A DNA stretch of 64,000 nt from Cenarchaeum sp. Lineage in GTDB: Archaea > Thermoproteota > Nitrososphaeria > Nitrososphaerales > Nitrosopumilaceae. Where the stretch lies: NCBI GenBank assembly GCA_963693095.2, contig OY843768.1:1536001-1600000 (forward strand). The letters run 5' to 3'. Below the pieces are notes generated by a model that worked only from the letters and a program-made list of their open reading frames with translations, had not been told where the DNA came from and made no database searches. Both the position numbers and the translations under genes were made by a program. Positions 46,654 through 56,314 of the stretch are shown one piece after another (position 1 is the stretch's first letter; every line of letters begins with the position of its first letter).

Positions 46654-47021
46654 CTAGCGTTCAGTGCGTCCCTGACGCCTCCCCATATACCACAAAGACG
46701 TGTCCGCGTGGATGGCTCGGGAGCGCGTTTCGTGGCAGGGTCTGCAGATAGCCGATGCCGAAACCTTGATAGCTCACGCGTCTCCAGGGTCTCCACACGA
46801 GTCAGGGCAGCGCGCGTAATGCCGTACATGCCAAGCGCAAGGAGGCCAATGCACACTAGTGCGGCACCAAATTTGACACCGGCATGGTCGTGTCTCAGGT
46901 CACGCCACAGATCAGGATCGTCTGTAAACAGCGGCGCATAGGCATCACTGATGCTCACCTCTATGAACATAATGCCCGGAAATATCAACAATGAGAATAT
47001 GAGCGCGACGGGCAGGATCAA
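46650..47021 (-). CDS. Membrane protein, paralogue B (TTG start inferred)
   Basis: Two TM helices; C-terminus DPATKR.PEPS.RTRL.GIWGGV shared with the 47183 gene. Confidence 0.55.
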   Translation of the reverse strand: MILPVALIFSLLIFPGIMFIEVSISDAYAPLFTDDPDLWRDLRHDHAGVKFGAALVCIGLLALGMYGITRAALTRVETLETRELSRFRHRLSADPATKRAPEPSTRTRLCGIWGGVRDALNAR

Positions 47022-47182
47022 GCCAGGATCTGGACCTCCTGATGGAACAAGCAGGGCGTAGTCGCCCCCACAGCCTGCACACGCATACCCCGCACCCCAG
47101 TGCACCGAGTATTAATTGGTGCTGCGCGTGAGGGCTCTGTCCACGAATAGGAGGTTTGATATGCCCAATTTGCTACTGCAGC

Positions 47183-47578
47183 TCACTGGACGTTCAATGC
47201 GTTCTTGACGCCTCCCCATATGCCACCAAGACGTGTCCGCATTGATGGCTCGGGATCGCGTTTCGTGGCAGGGTCCTCAGATGGCCGGTTCAAGAATGGC
47301 TCTAGTTCGTCTAATTTTTTCAGTATAGTCCTGAGAGGCTGCGTGACGGAGTATATGCCAAGTACAAAGATGCCAGTGCATAGCCACATTATGCCCAATT
47401 TTAGCCCCGCATGGTTATTTGTCAAGCTGTCCCACAATGTAGGCGCTCCTGCGAACAGTGGCGCAAAGACATCACTAGAGCCAATTGCCATCAGCATAAT
47501 ACCTGGAAGTATCCCCAGTGCGCATATGAGCTGGACAGGCGTGATCCATGGAGAGCTCTGGCTCCCAGACGGCCTCAA
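47183..47578 (-). CDS. Membrane protein, paralogue A (TTG start inferred)
   Basis: Paralogue of the 46650 gene; DNA-level tandem duplication. Confidence 0.55.
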   Translation of the reverse strand: MRPSGSQSSPWITPVQLICALGILPGIMLMAIGSSDVFAPLFAGAPTLWDSLTNNHAGLKLGIMWLCTGIFVLGIYSVTQPLRTILKKLDELEPFLNRPSEDPATKRDPEPSMRTRLGGIWGGVKNALNVQ

Positions 47579-47909
47579 GGGGCACCACCGGCGAGTCTCA
47601 CTGGTGGGCGCAGTTTCTGATAACCCCTGTCCCCTATATCCGACCCAACAGTCCGCATATTCATACTCGCCCCATAGTGTGCCGTATATTAATTTGTGCC
47701 GTGCAAAACGTGGTTTATGGTCTCGAAGCGACTGTAATGTGCCCATGTCTCAGTTTGTCAACAGTTAGGGGTTGGGAGGGGTCATCAACTTGCGAGGACT
47801 AGGATTGCGCAAGAACGCGCCGCTGAGCTCGTCACGGATGCCTGTGATATGTCAGGGCCTACTGACTGGTGCGTTGTGCAGGCCATGGCCATGACGGCCT
47901 CCACGCGCG

Positions 47910-48503
47910 TCATGCCAGGTCAGTAAAGTGCGCGTGTTTGGCTTCCGGAGACAGGCGTATCACAATATTCCGTAATTCCTTAAAATGACGCAGGAGTAAC
48001 TGTACATCACGCCTAGAGATCTCGCCTGTGGAAAACATGGAAATCGCACGATCAACTGTTGTTAGAGGCGATGTTTTTTTAGAATCTTGCACACGAAGGT
48101 TGATGATCGAGGCTCGTATGCCATGCATATTAGTCACTATGGCACTAGCATTTTGGGGTGTGACGGTACGAGCTCCACTCTCAAACTCTGCAAGTAATAG
48201 TGAGCAATGGTAAGTCGCGAGATCCAGTAGACGAGCCAGTGATCTCATCTCTATGTTCCCATAAATGTCCCTAGCAACAATAGTTTGGACTATGCGAGCT
48301 ACAGCTTTGCCAATCTTGCGGTTCATGTAATAGCCGAGGATTGCAAGTGCGGCACCAAGCGGCCCAATCTGTAAGAAAAGACCCCAGAATGACGTCGCAT
48401 CAGTATAAAGTGAGGCAAGATCGCCAATAAGGGCAACCATAACAATTGCAAAGGCCACTATGCTGCCAAAGATCAGCACGCTGACCGGTATTGTGCTGCT
48501 CAT
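47910..48503 (-). CDS. Hypothetical 2-TM protein with helical soluble domain
   Basis: Lower GC than flanks; ATGA overlap with the upstream gene. Confidence 0.65.
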   Translation of the reverse strand: MSSTIPVSVLIFGSIVAFAIVMVALIGDLASLYTDATSFWGLFLQIGPLGAALAILGYYMNRKIGKAVARIVQTIVARDIYGNIEMRSLARLLDLATYHCSLLLAEFESGARTVTPQNASAIVTNMHGIRASIINLRVQDSKKTSPLTTVDRAISMFSTGEISRRDVQLLLRHFKELRNIVIRLSPEAKHAHFTDLA

Positions 48504-49069
48504 CTGCAGTTACCCCCATGGTATGAGCTTGACGTGGGAAGAAACGTGTCCTTGATCTCATCGTATATGCCGGCGATATAGTCTGGGTCGACTGACAGGT
48601 ATCGAAATTCGGCCATTCGAAGAATCCAGGTGCGCCGATCCCGGCCGCTGGTGGGCTTTGAGTAGCCCTCGATGACTAGGTCGTTGAATCGCGATAGGCT
48701 CGCGGCCATCTCGATCCAGTTCCTGTCATGATTGGCGGCGAACTGGCGAAACTCGTCGATGCGCGGCCAATAGCTGTGATCGGGCGGAGATGCGGCGAGC
48801 GCGTCGTCGATATAGTCAAGATCGCCGAACAGATCCATTGCGCATGGACCCTCCTCAAAGAGTGAATACATGTAATCTAGTCCGGGGTGGCCAAAGTGCC
48901 TCACCGCAAAGTACGCAAGGTGCTGCACCCTTTTGCTTGTCTTGAGGTCCGGCTCTATGAGAGGCCTATTGCCGTCTAGAATGCCCTCATCGCAGAGGAG
49001 CCTGACGAACGGGGCGAGATCCGGACTATAGGCGACCTTTGGTCTCTGCGGCATCATGTCTGCCTCCAT
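48500..49069 (-). CDS. YwgA/Panacea(SocA, DUF4065)-like protein
   Basis: KRVQHLAYFA...LDYMYSLFEEGPCAMDL...WIEMAASL resembles the KLQKLVY...Y.F..Y..GPYS.EL...LELAAT pattern. Confidence 0.6.
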   Translation of the reverse strand: MEADMMPQRPKVAYSPDLAPFVRLLCDEGILDGNRPLIEPDLKTSKRVQHLAYFAVRHFGHPGLDYMYSLFEEGPCAMDLFGDLDYIDDALAASPPDHSYWPRIDEFRQFAANHDRNWIEMAASLSRFNDLVIEGYSKPTSGRDRRTWILRMAEFRYLSVDPDYIAGIYDEIKDTFLPTSSSYHGGNCR

Positions 49070-49196
49070 GGGCGCCGGAAACGCGGTACACTATATTACT
49101 GTTAACTATGGTATGGCCGTAGGCACAGATTTGGCCGACTCACGCCTAGATCGCGCGGCCAGGTTTAAATACCACATACTTAAGAGGGTCGTCATT

Positions 49197-50183
49197 ATGG
49201 TCGCCCAAGGCATACGCGCCAAAGAATCCTGCCCACGTTGCGCAAAGGGCAAGCTCGTCACGGACAACGAGTCTGGCGAGCTCTTTTGCTCAAAGTGCGG
49301 CTATGTGATAACCGAAAAGATCGAAGAGTCCGGTCCGGAGTGGCGCTCGTTCACGCAGGATGACCACGGTGACAGGGCACGCGCCGGCGCGCCGACGTCA
49401 CTCACGATGCACGACATGGGCCTTGCCACGATAATAAATCCCGTCAACAAGGACGCATCAGGCCGTCCGCTTGCCGCATCGATGAAGTCCACGATCGAGC
49501 GACTCCGCACATGGGACAGCCGCAGCCAGGTTCACGAGCCAGTCGACCGCAACTTTAGGCAGGCGTTCTCGGAGCTCAACCGCCTAAAGGACAAGCTCGC
49601 AATATCAGATGCGGTGATCGAAAAGGCAGCATACATTTACAGGAAAGCACTGGAGAAGGGTCTTGTTCGCGGCAGGTCAATATCCGCACTCATGGCATCT
49701 GCGCTGTATGCGGCATGCCGTGACACGGCGACGCCACGAAACCTAAAGGATGTGGAACACGCGGCGAACATAAAGCGAAAGGACATTGCGCGCTGCTACC
49801 GCCTACTCGTAAAGGAGCTCGACCTAAAGATGCCCGTGACTGACTCTGTCCAGTGCGTCTCGCGCATCGCAAGCAAGATCGGCATTGCCGAAAAGACAAA
49901 GCGCCACGCGACTAATGTCCTAAAGCAGGCCAAAAAGAACGAGGTCTCCGCCGGCAAGGATCCTATGGGCCTGGCAGCGGCCGCACTGTACCTTGCGTGC
50001 GTAAAGAACAACGAGGACAAGACGCAGCGCGACATTGCCGAGGCGGCAAACGTGACAGAGGTGACGATACGCAACCGCTACAAGGGCCTAAAGCAGTCGA
50101 TCGACGAGGCCGAGGGCGTCTCTAGTGACACGGCCGCGACGAGCTCTACGCCGGCAAAGCCAAAGAAAGCCGACAGCAAGTGA
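49197..50183 (+). CDS. tfb: Transcription initiation factor IIB
   Basis: Zn ribbon CPRC..CSKCG, GPEWRSF, two cyclin repeats, TEVTIRNRY; TTTAAATA upstream. Confidence 0.96.
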   Translation: MVAQGIRAKESCPRCAKGKLVTDNESGELFCSKCGYVITEKIEESGPEWRSFTQDDHGDRARAGAPTSLTMHDMGLATIINPVNKDASGRPLAASMKSTIERLRTWDSRSQVHEPVDRNFRQAFSELNRLKDKLAISDAVIEKAAYIYRKALEKGLVRGRSISALMASALYAACRDTATPRNLKDVEHAANIKRKDIARCYRLLVKELDLKMPVTDSVQCVSRIASKIGIAEKTKRHATNVLKQAKKNEVSAGKDPMGLAAAALYLACVKNNEDKTQRDIAEAANVTEVTIRNRYKGLKQSIDEAEGVSSDTAATSSTPAKPKKADSK

Positions 50184-50243
50184 GACGCAGCGGCGCACCT
50201 TGCGCGCGCGCATGATTTCTGCAATTCCATATGTCCTGGATAT

Positions 50244-51686
50244 CTAGACTGACTTTTGCGGAAAGCCAGACTCTTCAGTCTCGGGTTCTGGATCCTTTTG
50301 CGGCGCATCAGGCTCTGGCGTCACAAAGCCGCCTTCGTCCGGGTCAGGCGGGGCTATCTTTTTGGCGCCGCCAAGGCCCACAGTCGTGATTATGACCGTC
50401 GATAATATGACAAAGAACGCGACTTGCGGGTACGCCTCGGCGTTTGGCAGGCCGTACGTCAGGGGCAGCGTCGCAAGAACTGCAGCGGCTAGGCCGCGCG
50501 GGATCATGACCGAGGTCACCTTGCGATCAAGCTTTGAAAAGCTGTTCAAGAGTATGACGCGCGCCAGGACTATGCGCGCGATGTATATCGCGACTGCAGC
50601 AGCTATCCCAAAGGCCGTAAGGCGCCAGTCGCCAAAGCTCGCCAAGAGGCCGACGAAGACGAAAAAGAACGCGCGCACGAGAAACGTCAGCTGGTTGTGC
50701 ATCGAGTCATCGCGCTCTATGGATGGCATCTTGAAGCGAAAGAGGCGCGCGATGCGGTCCTTGTTGCCCAAGAGAATGCCAAAGACGAGGGCCGTGAGCG
50801 CGCCAGACTCGCCGAGCGTGTTTGCCAGGAAAAAGAGGAAAAAGAGAACGCCTAGCGTGAGCATGTACCCGTGGCGCGCGTTTGCGAGCTTTGCCGTGAT
50901 GAACAGCCATGGGAGTCCGACGACGAGGCCGAGTGATATTCCGACTGCGAGGTTGTGGCCGACTGACTGGCTCAGGCCCGTTATGGTCAGCGAGTTGGCC
51001 ATTATCGCGCCAAACATGATAAAGGCGATAATAGTCGAGAGTATGTCAGTTATTGCCGATTCGAATGACAGCATGTTCTTTGCGCTCTCTGAAATGCGCA
51101 AGTTGCGCACGAGGCCAAAGACGATGACAGAGCTAGAGCCGCCGACGATGGAGCCCAGGAGAATGCTGCCGTACCAGTCCCAGCCGAGCATAAAGTGCGC
51201 CATTACGGTGACGATGAATACCGAGATGACAAACCCAATGACTGCGAGAAGTATCGCAAAGTGTGCCGTGCGGATCATGTGCTTTAGGTCAAGGTTGAGG
51301 CCGCCATCAAACATGATGATGATCAGCGCAATGGCCGCGAAATATGGCACTATCTGCGTGACGACATCAGGCTGAATTATGCCAAGGAGCGGCCCAAAGA
51401 TGACGCCGAGCATCATCAAAAAGGCGACATCTGGGATTCCCGTCTTTTTGAAAAACGTCTCGCCGATAACGCCAAAGAATATCGTGACTGCCGCCGCAAG
51501 GAGGACGACTGGAGCCGAGGCGATTCCGGCATCGCTTCCGGAAAATGCGGCAAAGGCCTCCTGCAGCCTAGAGACCGCACCGGCGAGCGGCTCGATTCCC
51601 GTCGAGTCGGTCAGCTCACCGGCCATCGAAAAGGCCCTCTCGACGAGGCCGTCCCAGACGGCCAGGACCACAAAGGGCAGATTCAC
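50244..51686 (-). CDS. Cation:proton antiporter (CPA1/NhaP type)
   Basis: About 13 TM helices; FDGGL, ESAITD, PRGLAAAVLA. Start uncertain. Confidence 0.9.
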   Translation of the reverse strand: MNLPFVVLAVWDGLVERAFSMAGELTDSTGIEPLAGAVSRLQEAFAAFSGSDAGIASAPVVLLAAAVTIFFGVIGETFFKKTGIPDVAFLMMLGVIFGPLLGIIQPDVVTQIVPYFAAIALIIIMFDGGLNLDLKHMIRTAHFAILLAVIGFVISVFIVTVMAHFMLGWDWYGSILLGSIVGGSSSVIVFGLVRNLRISESAKNMLSFESAITDILSTIIAFIMFGAIMANSLTITGLSQSVGHNLAVGISLGLVVGLPWLFITAKLANARHGYMLTLGVLFFLFFLANTLGESGALTALVFGILLGNKDRIARLFRFKMPSIERDDSMHNQLTFLVRAFFFVFVGLLASFGDWRLTAFGIAAAVAIYIARIVLARVILLNSFSKLDRKVTSVMIPRGLAAAVLATLPLTYGLPNAEAYPQVAFFVILSTVIITTVGLGGAKKIAPPDPDEGGFVTPEPDAPQKDPEPETEESGFPQKSV

Positions 51687-51783
51687 GCGCCACGCGCGGC
51701 CCGCGTGCGCTTAAAAGGTGTCCGTGTCAAGACTTGGAGCGCGACGGGTTATAACGGAGATAGGGTGCGCGCTGCGCGTGGCA

Positions 51784-52338
51784 ATGGGAGCAACTGACCT
51801 CCTGCGCGAGGACCATCGCCTCGCCTGGCGTCTTGAGGCCGTCATAGTGTCATGCTGCGAGCGCCTCGAGGCGGGCCGCGACGTTCCGCTAGGTGACATT
51901 GAGGCGATCTCGGGTATTATCGAGGGCTTTTTGGACAGCGTGCATCACGCGCGCGAGGAGGGGACGTACTTTGCGTGCGTCGGCGCGTACGGGATGGGTG
52001 CGGACATTCGCAAGTTTCTCATAGAGCACGAGTTTGCGCGTCGCGTCGCCGCAAAGGTCGCCCACCACGTCTCGCGCTGGCGGGCCGGCGAGGATGCGCG
52101 CGAGCCTGTCGCGAGGTTTCTGCGCGCGTATGCGGTATTCCTGCGCGACCACATGACAAAGGAGGAGGCGTTCTTTGAGGAGGCCGAGGCGGCCCTCACT
52201 GCCGAGGAGGAGGCCGAGATGAAAGAGTATCTGGTGTCCGTGGCCTCTGACGCAAGAACGGTCCGGCGCGCCGAGGCCGAGATTGCCGCACTCGAGGTGG
52301 CCGGATGGAACTGCGCTGCGGGTGGCGGGCCGGAATAG
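51784..52338 (+). CDS. Hemerythrin/HHE domain protein
   Basis: EDH, HHAREE, EHE and HMTKEE motifs. Confidence 0.87.
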   Translation: MGATDLLREDHRLAWRLEAVIVSCCERLEAGRDVPLGDIEAISGIIEGFLDSVHHAREEGTYFACVGAYGMGADIRKFLIEHEFARRVAAKVAHHVSRWRAGEDAREPVARFLRAYAVFLRDHMTKEEAFFEEAEAALTAEEEAEMKEYLVSVASDARTVRRAEAEIAALEVAGWNCAAGGGPE

Positions 52339-52353
52339 CGATCTTTTGTGCGG

Positions 52354-52451
52354 TGCGATCTAGGGTTGGTTGCGATCTAGGGTTGGTTGCGATCTAGGGT
52401 TGGTTGCGATCTAGGGTTGGTTGCGATCTAGGGTTGGTTGCGATCTAGGGT
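52354..52451. repeat. Perfect 17-bp tandem repeat (TGCGATCTAGGGTTGGT) x5 plus a partial sixth
   Basis: Units start at 52354, 52371, 52388, 52405, 52422 and 52439; no spacers. Confidence 0.95.
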
Positions 52452-52573
52452 GATCTGGGTATGCCGTATGCGTAATTACGGCCACGCACTCGGCAGGATC
52501 GATCGATCGTCAGCTGATCATGCACTCTCTGCGATCAGAAATGCTTAACTACTAATGGGTAGAAGGGTAACCA

Positions 52574-53071
52574 ATGGGGGAGCAGGGTAGCGCGCCGGAG
52601 CGATCAGATGAGGTTCTAAACGGCGATCAGGATTATGATGAGGAGCGGTGTCGCGTGCTCGATCTTGTGGTTCGCATAATCATGTGCGTAAGCCTCATAG
52701 ACCACTATATTGAGGAGTATCTTGCAGACGCAAATGCAAAGGCCATAAAAGCAGAAAACAAAACTCGTGAACAGTTTATTCAAGACCTACGTAGAAAGAG
52801 CATAGATGATCGCTACGGTATGATTAAGAGTGGTATCCATGACCGACATACCAGCGAAGTTCTAGAGGCAATAAAGCAAGTCAGGGGCATCAGAAATGAT
52901 CTGGCACACTCTACTGTTGAAGTGAATCCCACTGGAACCACAGGAATTACCATGAAGAAAAGTGGGCATAACGTCAGTATTCTAAGAGACGCTTTAAAGA
53001 ACGCCGAGGAGTGCGAAAGGCATCTGAAACAGGTTCTTCAGCTCCCAGAGCGAGAGCAGGGTGGGCGATGA
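52574..53071 (+). CDS. Stand-alone HEPN-like protein
   Basis: All-helical; ...IDHYIEEYL...IRNDLAH (R-x4-H). Confidence 0.7.
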   Translation: MGEQGSAPERSDEVLNGDQDYDEERCRVLDLVVRIIMCVSLIDHYIEEYLADANAKAIKAENKTREQFIQDLRRKSIDDRYGMIKSGIHDRHTSEVLEAIKQVRGIRNDLAHSTVEVNPTGTTGITMKKSGHNVSILRDALKNAEECERHLKQVLQLPEREQGGR

Positions 53072-53168
53072 ATTGACGGCCTCAACACCATTTATGCAAG
53101 ACAAGAAAACCACGCGGCGACGCATCATACAATTTAATAAACACCGCCCAAACACGCCATCAAGCGAA

Positions 53169-55100
53169 ATGGCGATGATCAAGCCCGGCATGAGTGTGGA
53201 TCTCCTAGATGAGTGGAGGGGGGCGTTGGCGAGATGGAAGTTCCAAAAATGGGAGCATTTTAACGGCGCAGAGTGCGATAGGCTTGTACAGAGCATTGTA
53301 GATGACGCTAATGTTCGAGAACGCGAATCAGGCAAGATGATCGACGAGATGGCCACGATTATTGCAGGCACGAGGGGGGAGTTTAGGAGCAAGATTGTGC
53401 ATGGCATGGTATTGAATTGTATGTTGAACAAGGTGTATGTGACAAGAGACCATCGTGGTGGCCTTCATGCATTATTTGACAGTATCAATATCGATGATAA
53501 AACAAGTGATGAAAACGCATATTTTGCACTAGACACGGTTCGCATAGTCTTGCGGCATGTGATTGTGCGTGAGGAAGAACTCTGCGAAGTAAAGCGCGAG
53601 ATTCTTGAATTGTGTTATGATACGATACAGAGGGCAGCCTGGCGTAACGGACTAGTCAGGCTTGCCGAGCTCATGGGCGATAAAAAGGTGCGTGATGAGT
53701 TTTGTGGTGTCAATGCTCAAATTGTCAACATGGCCATGTTGCGCGTTAGTGTGTATGACAAGCGTGACATTCCTCCAGATGACGGGATTCGTGAGATACT
53801 AGCTGAATATCCAGCGCTCAAAAAAATACTGGGCGCAGATGACGTCGTTGGGTCAAAGTCTCATATTACACAACTCATTCACCACATATCGGCAAACTAT
53901 CTAGTAAAGCGCGAGAACTATGAAAAGATCCATGCGGTTGTGTATGAGAGCAACATTCGAATTCGTTACTGGATTAACCAGATTTATGTCCAGCACAACT
54001 CCTCACTTCAACCAATTCGAGACAGTCCGGAGAGGGCCATGCTCCAGCCCTCTCTGAGATTTCTAAACGTGCTGTCCTCGATCAGGTACCTCGTTTTAGA
54101 GATTTGTGAGTTTTTGGAGCTGTGCGAGCGTGATCACCGTGTTGTGGGAAGGGCGGAACTCAAAGATCCCGGAGGCATTTACAGGATTATACAAGAGCAG
54201 GGCAGGGTCAGAGACGACATAAAAAAAATGCGCGATGGGTTTGGCGCCCGTCCAGCCTGGACATTTAAGGAGATTTCTGAGCAGGTCGAGTCAATGGGTC
54301 TGGACACGTTTGTCCTGTACGCGCACCTTGTGCTAATGTTTCAGGATGCGGTATATGGAACCATACCATCAAGATATCACAGGGATGAGAGGCCGGTGAA
54401 GCCATGGCAAGTTCCCGTGTCATGGATGCCGGTAACTGTAGAAGAGGTACGAGAAATAGAAAAGGCGTACGAAGGAATGTCCGTGTCCCCTAAAAAAGAA
54501 CACCAGTGTGAATGTGCCACTATGCACGAGTCACTCTTGTGTCTAATGATGTTGGACATAAATTTCACAAATGTCTCAGAGCACATAGGAGAGGAAACCC
54601 TAGACGCCCACATGAAGTTTAGTAATGAGGTGTATAATCTAAAATATATGATCCTAGAGCTGGCCAACTTTGTTGAGCAGTATGAGAAGCTAGCCCCAGA
54701 AGTAAAGACGCGTACGGGAAAAGAGATTGTGCCTGACTTTCTTGTGCGCAAGGAAAAATATTTCGCTCTTCGTGACCTCTATTCAGCGCATACACAATTT
54801 GATGATAGTCCAGGAATTCAGCAGATCATAACTGAAAACCCCGATCTAGTCTCCAAAATGTTGCGGGATGTGCAGGAAGCGCGGATTATTGTCACAAAAA
54901 TGTCTCCAGAGTTTCAAGAGTACGAGGCGTGTGCCGTTTCGCTCATGACCGACATGGAGATGGATGGTGTAGAGAGAGAGCTTGACTACATACGCGGGGA
55001 ATTCAACGAGTGTAACGGAAACGGATTCGGCGAGATAAGCCGGGATCAGGCACTACAAAAGAAGAGGGAGAGGATGAAAAAGATCCTCGGTGTGGAATAG
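53169..55100 (+). CDS. Large helical protein with two HEPN-like repeats
   Basis: RYLVLEICEF...MRDGFGAR and KYMILELANF...LRDLYSAH. Start is either 53061 (GTG) or 53169 (ATG, ~29 nt after TTTAATAA). Confidence 0.65.
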   Translation: MAMIKPGMSVDLLDEWRGALARWKFQKWEHFNGAECDRLVQSIVDDANVRERESGKMIDEMATIIAGTRGEFRSKIVHGMVLNCMLNKVYVTRDHRGGLHALFDSINIDDKTSDENAYFALDTVRIVLRHVIVREEELCEVKREILELCYDTIQRAAWRNGLVRLAELMGDKKVRDEFCGVNAQIVNMAMLRVSVYDKRDIPPDDGIREILAEYPALKKILGADDVVGSKSHITQLIHHISANYLVKRENYEKIHAVVYESNIRIRYWINQIYVQHNSSLQPIRDSPERAMLQPSLRFLNVLSSIRYLVLEICEFLELCERDHRVVGRAELKDPGGIYRIIQEQGRVRDDIKKMRDGFGARPAWTFKEISEQVESMGLDTFVLYAHLVLMFQDAVYGTIPSRYHRDERPVKPWQVPVSWMPVTVEEVREIEKAYEGMSVSPKKEHQCECATMHESLLCLMMLDINFTNVSEHIGEETLDAHMKFSNEVYNLKYMILELANFVEQYEKLAPEVKTRTGKEIVPDFLVRKEKYFALRDLYSAHTQFDDSPGIQQIITENPDLVSKMLRDVQEARIIVTKMSPEFQEYEACAVSLMTDMEMDGVERELDYIRGEFNECNGNGFGEISRDQALQKKRERMKKILGVE

Positions 55101-55932
55101 CCATGGTTATGAAAGGTCGTGGGCGTGCGCCGTGGTGGCAATTAGTCACGCAGTGCCCACAGGGATATCTAGCCCCCATGGAGCGTGGCATGCGATGAGG
55201 GACGGCTCGGCTGCAATCGGGATACATGCTGACGAGCTCCGGCTAGCCAATGACGTGATTGCCGAGATTGGTGCCGAAGAGTGCGTGCCAGAGTGGGGGG
55301 ACGGGCTGCTCCACGGGAGATTCAAGGAGACTGTCGCAAAGATGCGCGCGTACGCGCAGTTTAGCGCCGCAGCCAGGACTGTCAGGGATCCCATATGCCC
55401 CGGCCAGCGCGAGGAGATTGCGCTGGACTTTAAGGCCGAGATCGATGGTGTTGAGTGCTGGTTTGAGTCAGCCATGCTGGATAATGAGCTGTGGTGGCTG
55501 TCTGACAATGACCGCAGCACAATGTTCCACTCTACTGGAGGCATCGGGATCTCGGCGTGGCGCATACTGGCACGCAACCTAGTCGCGGCCGCATCTAGGC
55601 GAGTCGGCAGGCTAGAGGGGTGGGGAGCCCAGACCGTAATGATTGTCAACGATCCGCTCGGGGAGATCGGCCACTGTGGGGGACTAGACAGGGCGCTAGA
55701 GAAGCTTGGCAGGGCGTGTCCGCAGCTAGGAGCTCTGATCGTCGTAAAGAGGGACAGGTACACGATACACGAGATTGCCGGCTCGGCCAACCCGCTCTCG
55801 GCGGGTGTTCGTGCCGGCATACTGCGCATAAATGAGGAGTATCTTGCCAAAAGGAACGGTGCGGCAGATCGCCGTGTGCCGACTCTTGCAGGATCTGACA
55901 AAGGCAAGACTGCACCGGATCGTGCACGCTAG
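55090..55932 (+). CDS. Hypothetical, possible restriction-endonuclease-like fold
   Basis: LDFKAEIDGVECWFESA resembles a PD...E-x-K-type core but lacks the Lys. Start may be 55195. Confidence 0.5.
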   Translation: MWNSHGYERSWACAVVAISHAVPTGISSPHGAWHAMRDGSAAIGIHADELRLANDVIAEIGAEECVPEWGDGLLHGRFKETVAKMRAYAQFSAAARTVRDPICPGQREEIALDFKAEIDGVECWFESAMLDNELWWLSDNDRSTMFHSTGGIGISAWRILARNLVAAASRRVGRLEGWGAQTVMIVNDPLGEIGHCGGLDRALEKLGRACPQLGALIVVKRDRYTIHEIAGSANPLSAGVRAGILRINEEYLAKRNGAADRRVPTLAGSDKGKTAPDRAR

Positions 55933-55947
55933 TCCCTCGCCGCTTCT

Positions 55948-56145
55948 TTAACTATTCTTATAGTGCGCAAAAATCCGCTCAAGGCCGTCAAGGACGGCGT
56001 AACCACAGTCCGCATCACCGAACGAGCCACATTCGGCCTCCAGGGCAAACAGCGTCATAAAGAGCATCGTCAGGCCGGTGAGCACAATTATCACCGAGCC
56101 GTTCAGCAAGCCTTTCAGCTCGCAAAAGAGCCTATTCCGGTCCAT
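55948..56145 (-). CDS. Small single-TM protein
   Basis: MDRNRLFCELKG then a hydrophobic helix; last gene of a coupled chain. Confidence 0.5.
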   Translation of the reverse strand: MDRNRLFCELKGLLNGSVIIVLTGLTMLFMTLFALEAECGSFGDADCGYAVLDGLERIFAHYKNS

Positions 56146-56314
56146 ATCGCCTGCCGTATCCTGTTTTGGCCGAGCTGCCCATGTCAAGGAACGCCCGAGG
56201 CAGGGAGTGGATTGCGCGCCCCATCCCGTCTGTTCGGACGTGCTGCCACTCCAGACTCTGTGCCGTTATTGCACGTGGGGTGAGGCACATTGCGGATCCT
56301 GGCGCAGGGTTCAT
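56132..56314 (-). CDS. Small hypothetical protein
   Basis: ATGA overlap with the Zn-finger gene; overlaps the start of the next gene. Confidence 0.35.
   Translation of the reverse strand: MNPAPGSAMCLTPRAITAQSLEWQHVRTDGMGRAIHSLPRAFLDMGSSAKTGYGRRYGPE

Noticed and set aside
52354-52451. CRISPR array or telomere-like (TAGGGTT) repeat
   Set aside because: Units are contiguous with no unique spacers, only 17 bp long, and no cas genes are present; the telomere resemblance is a short word match only
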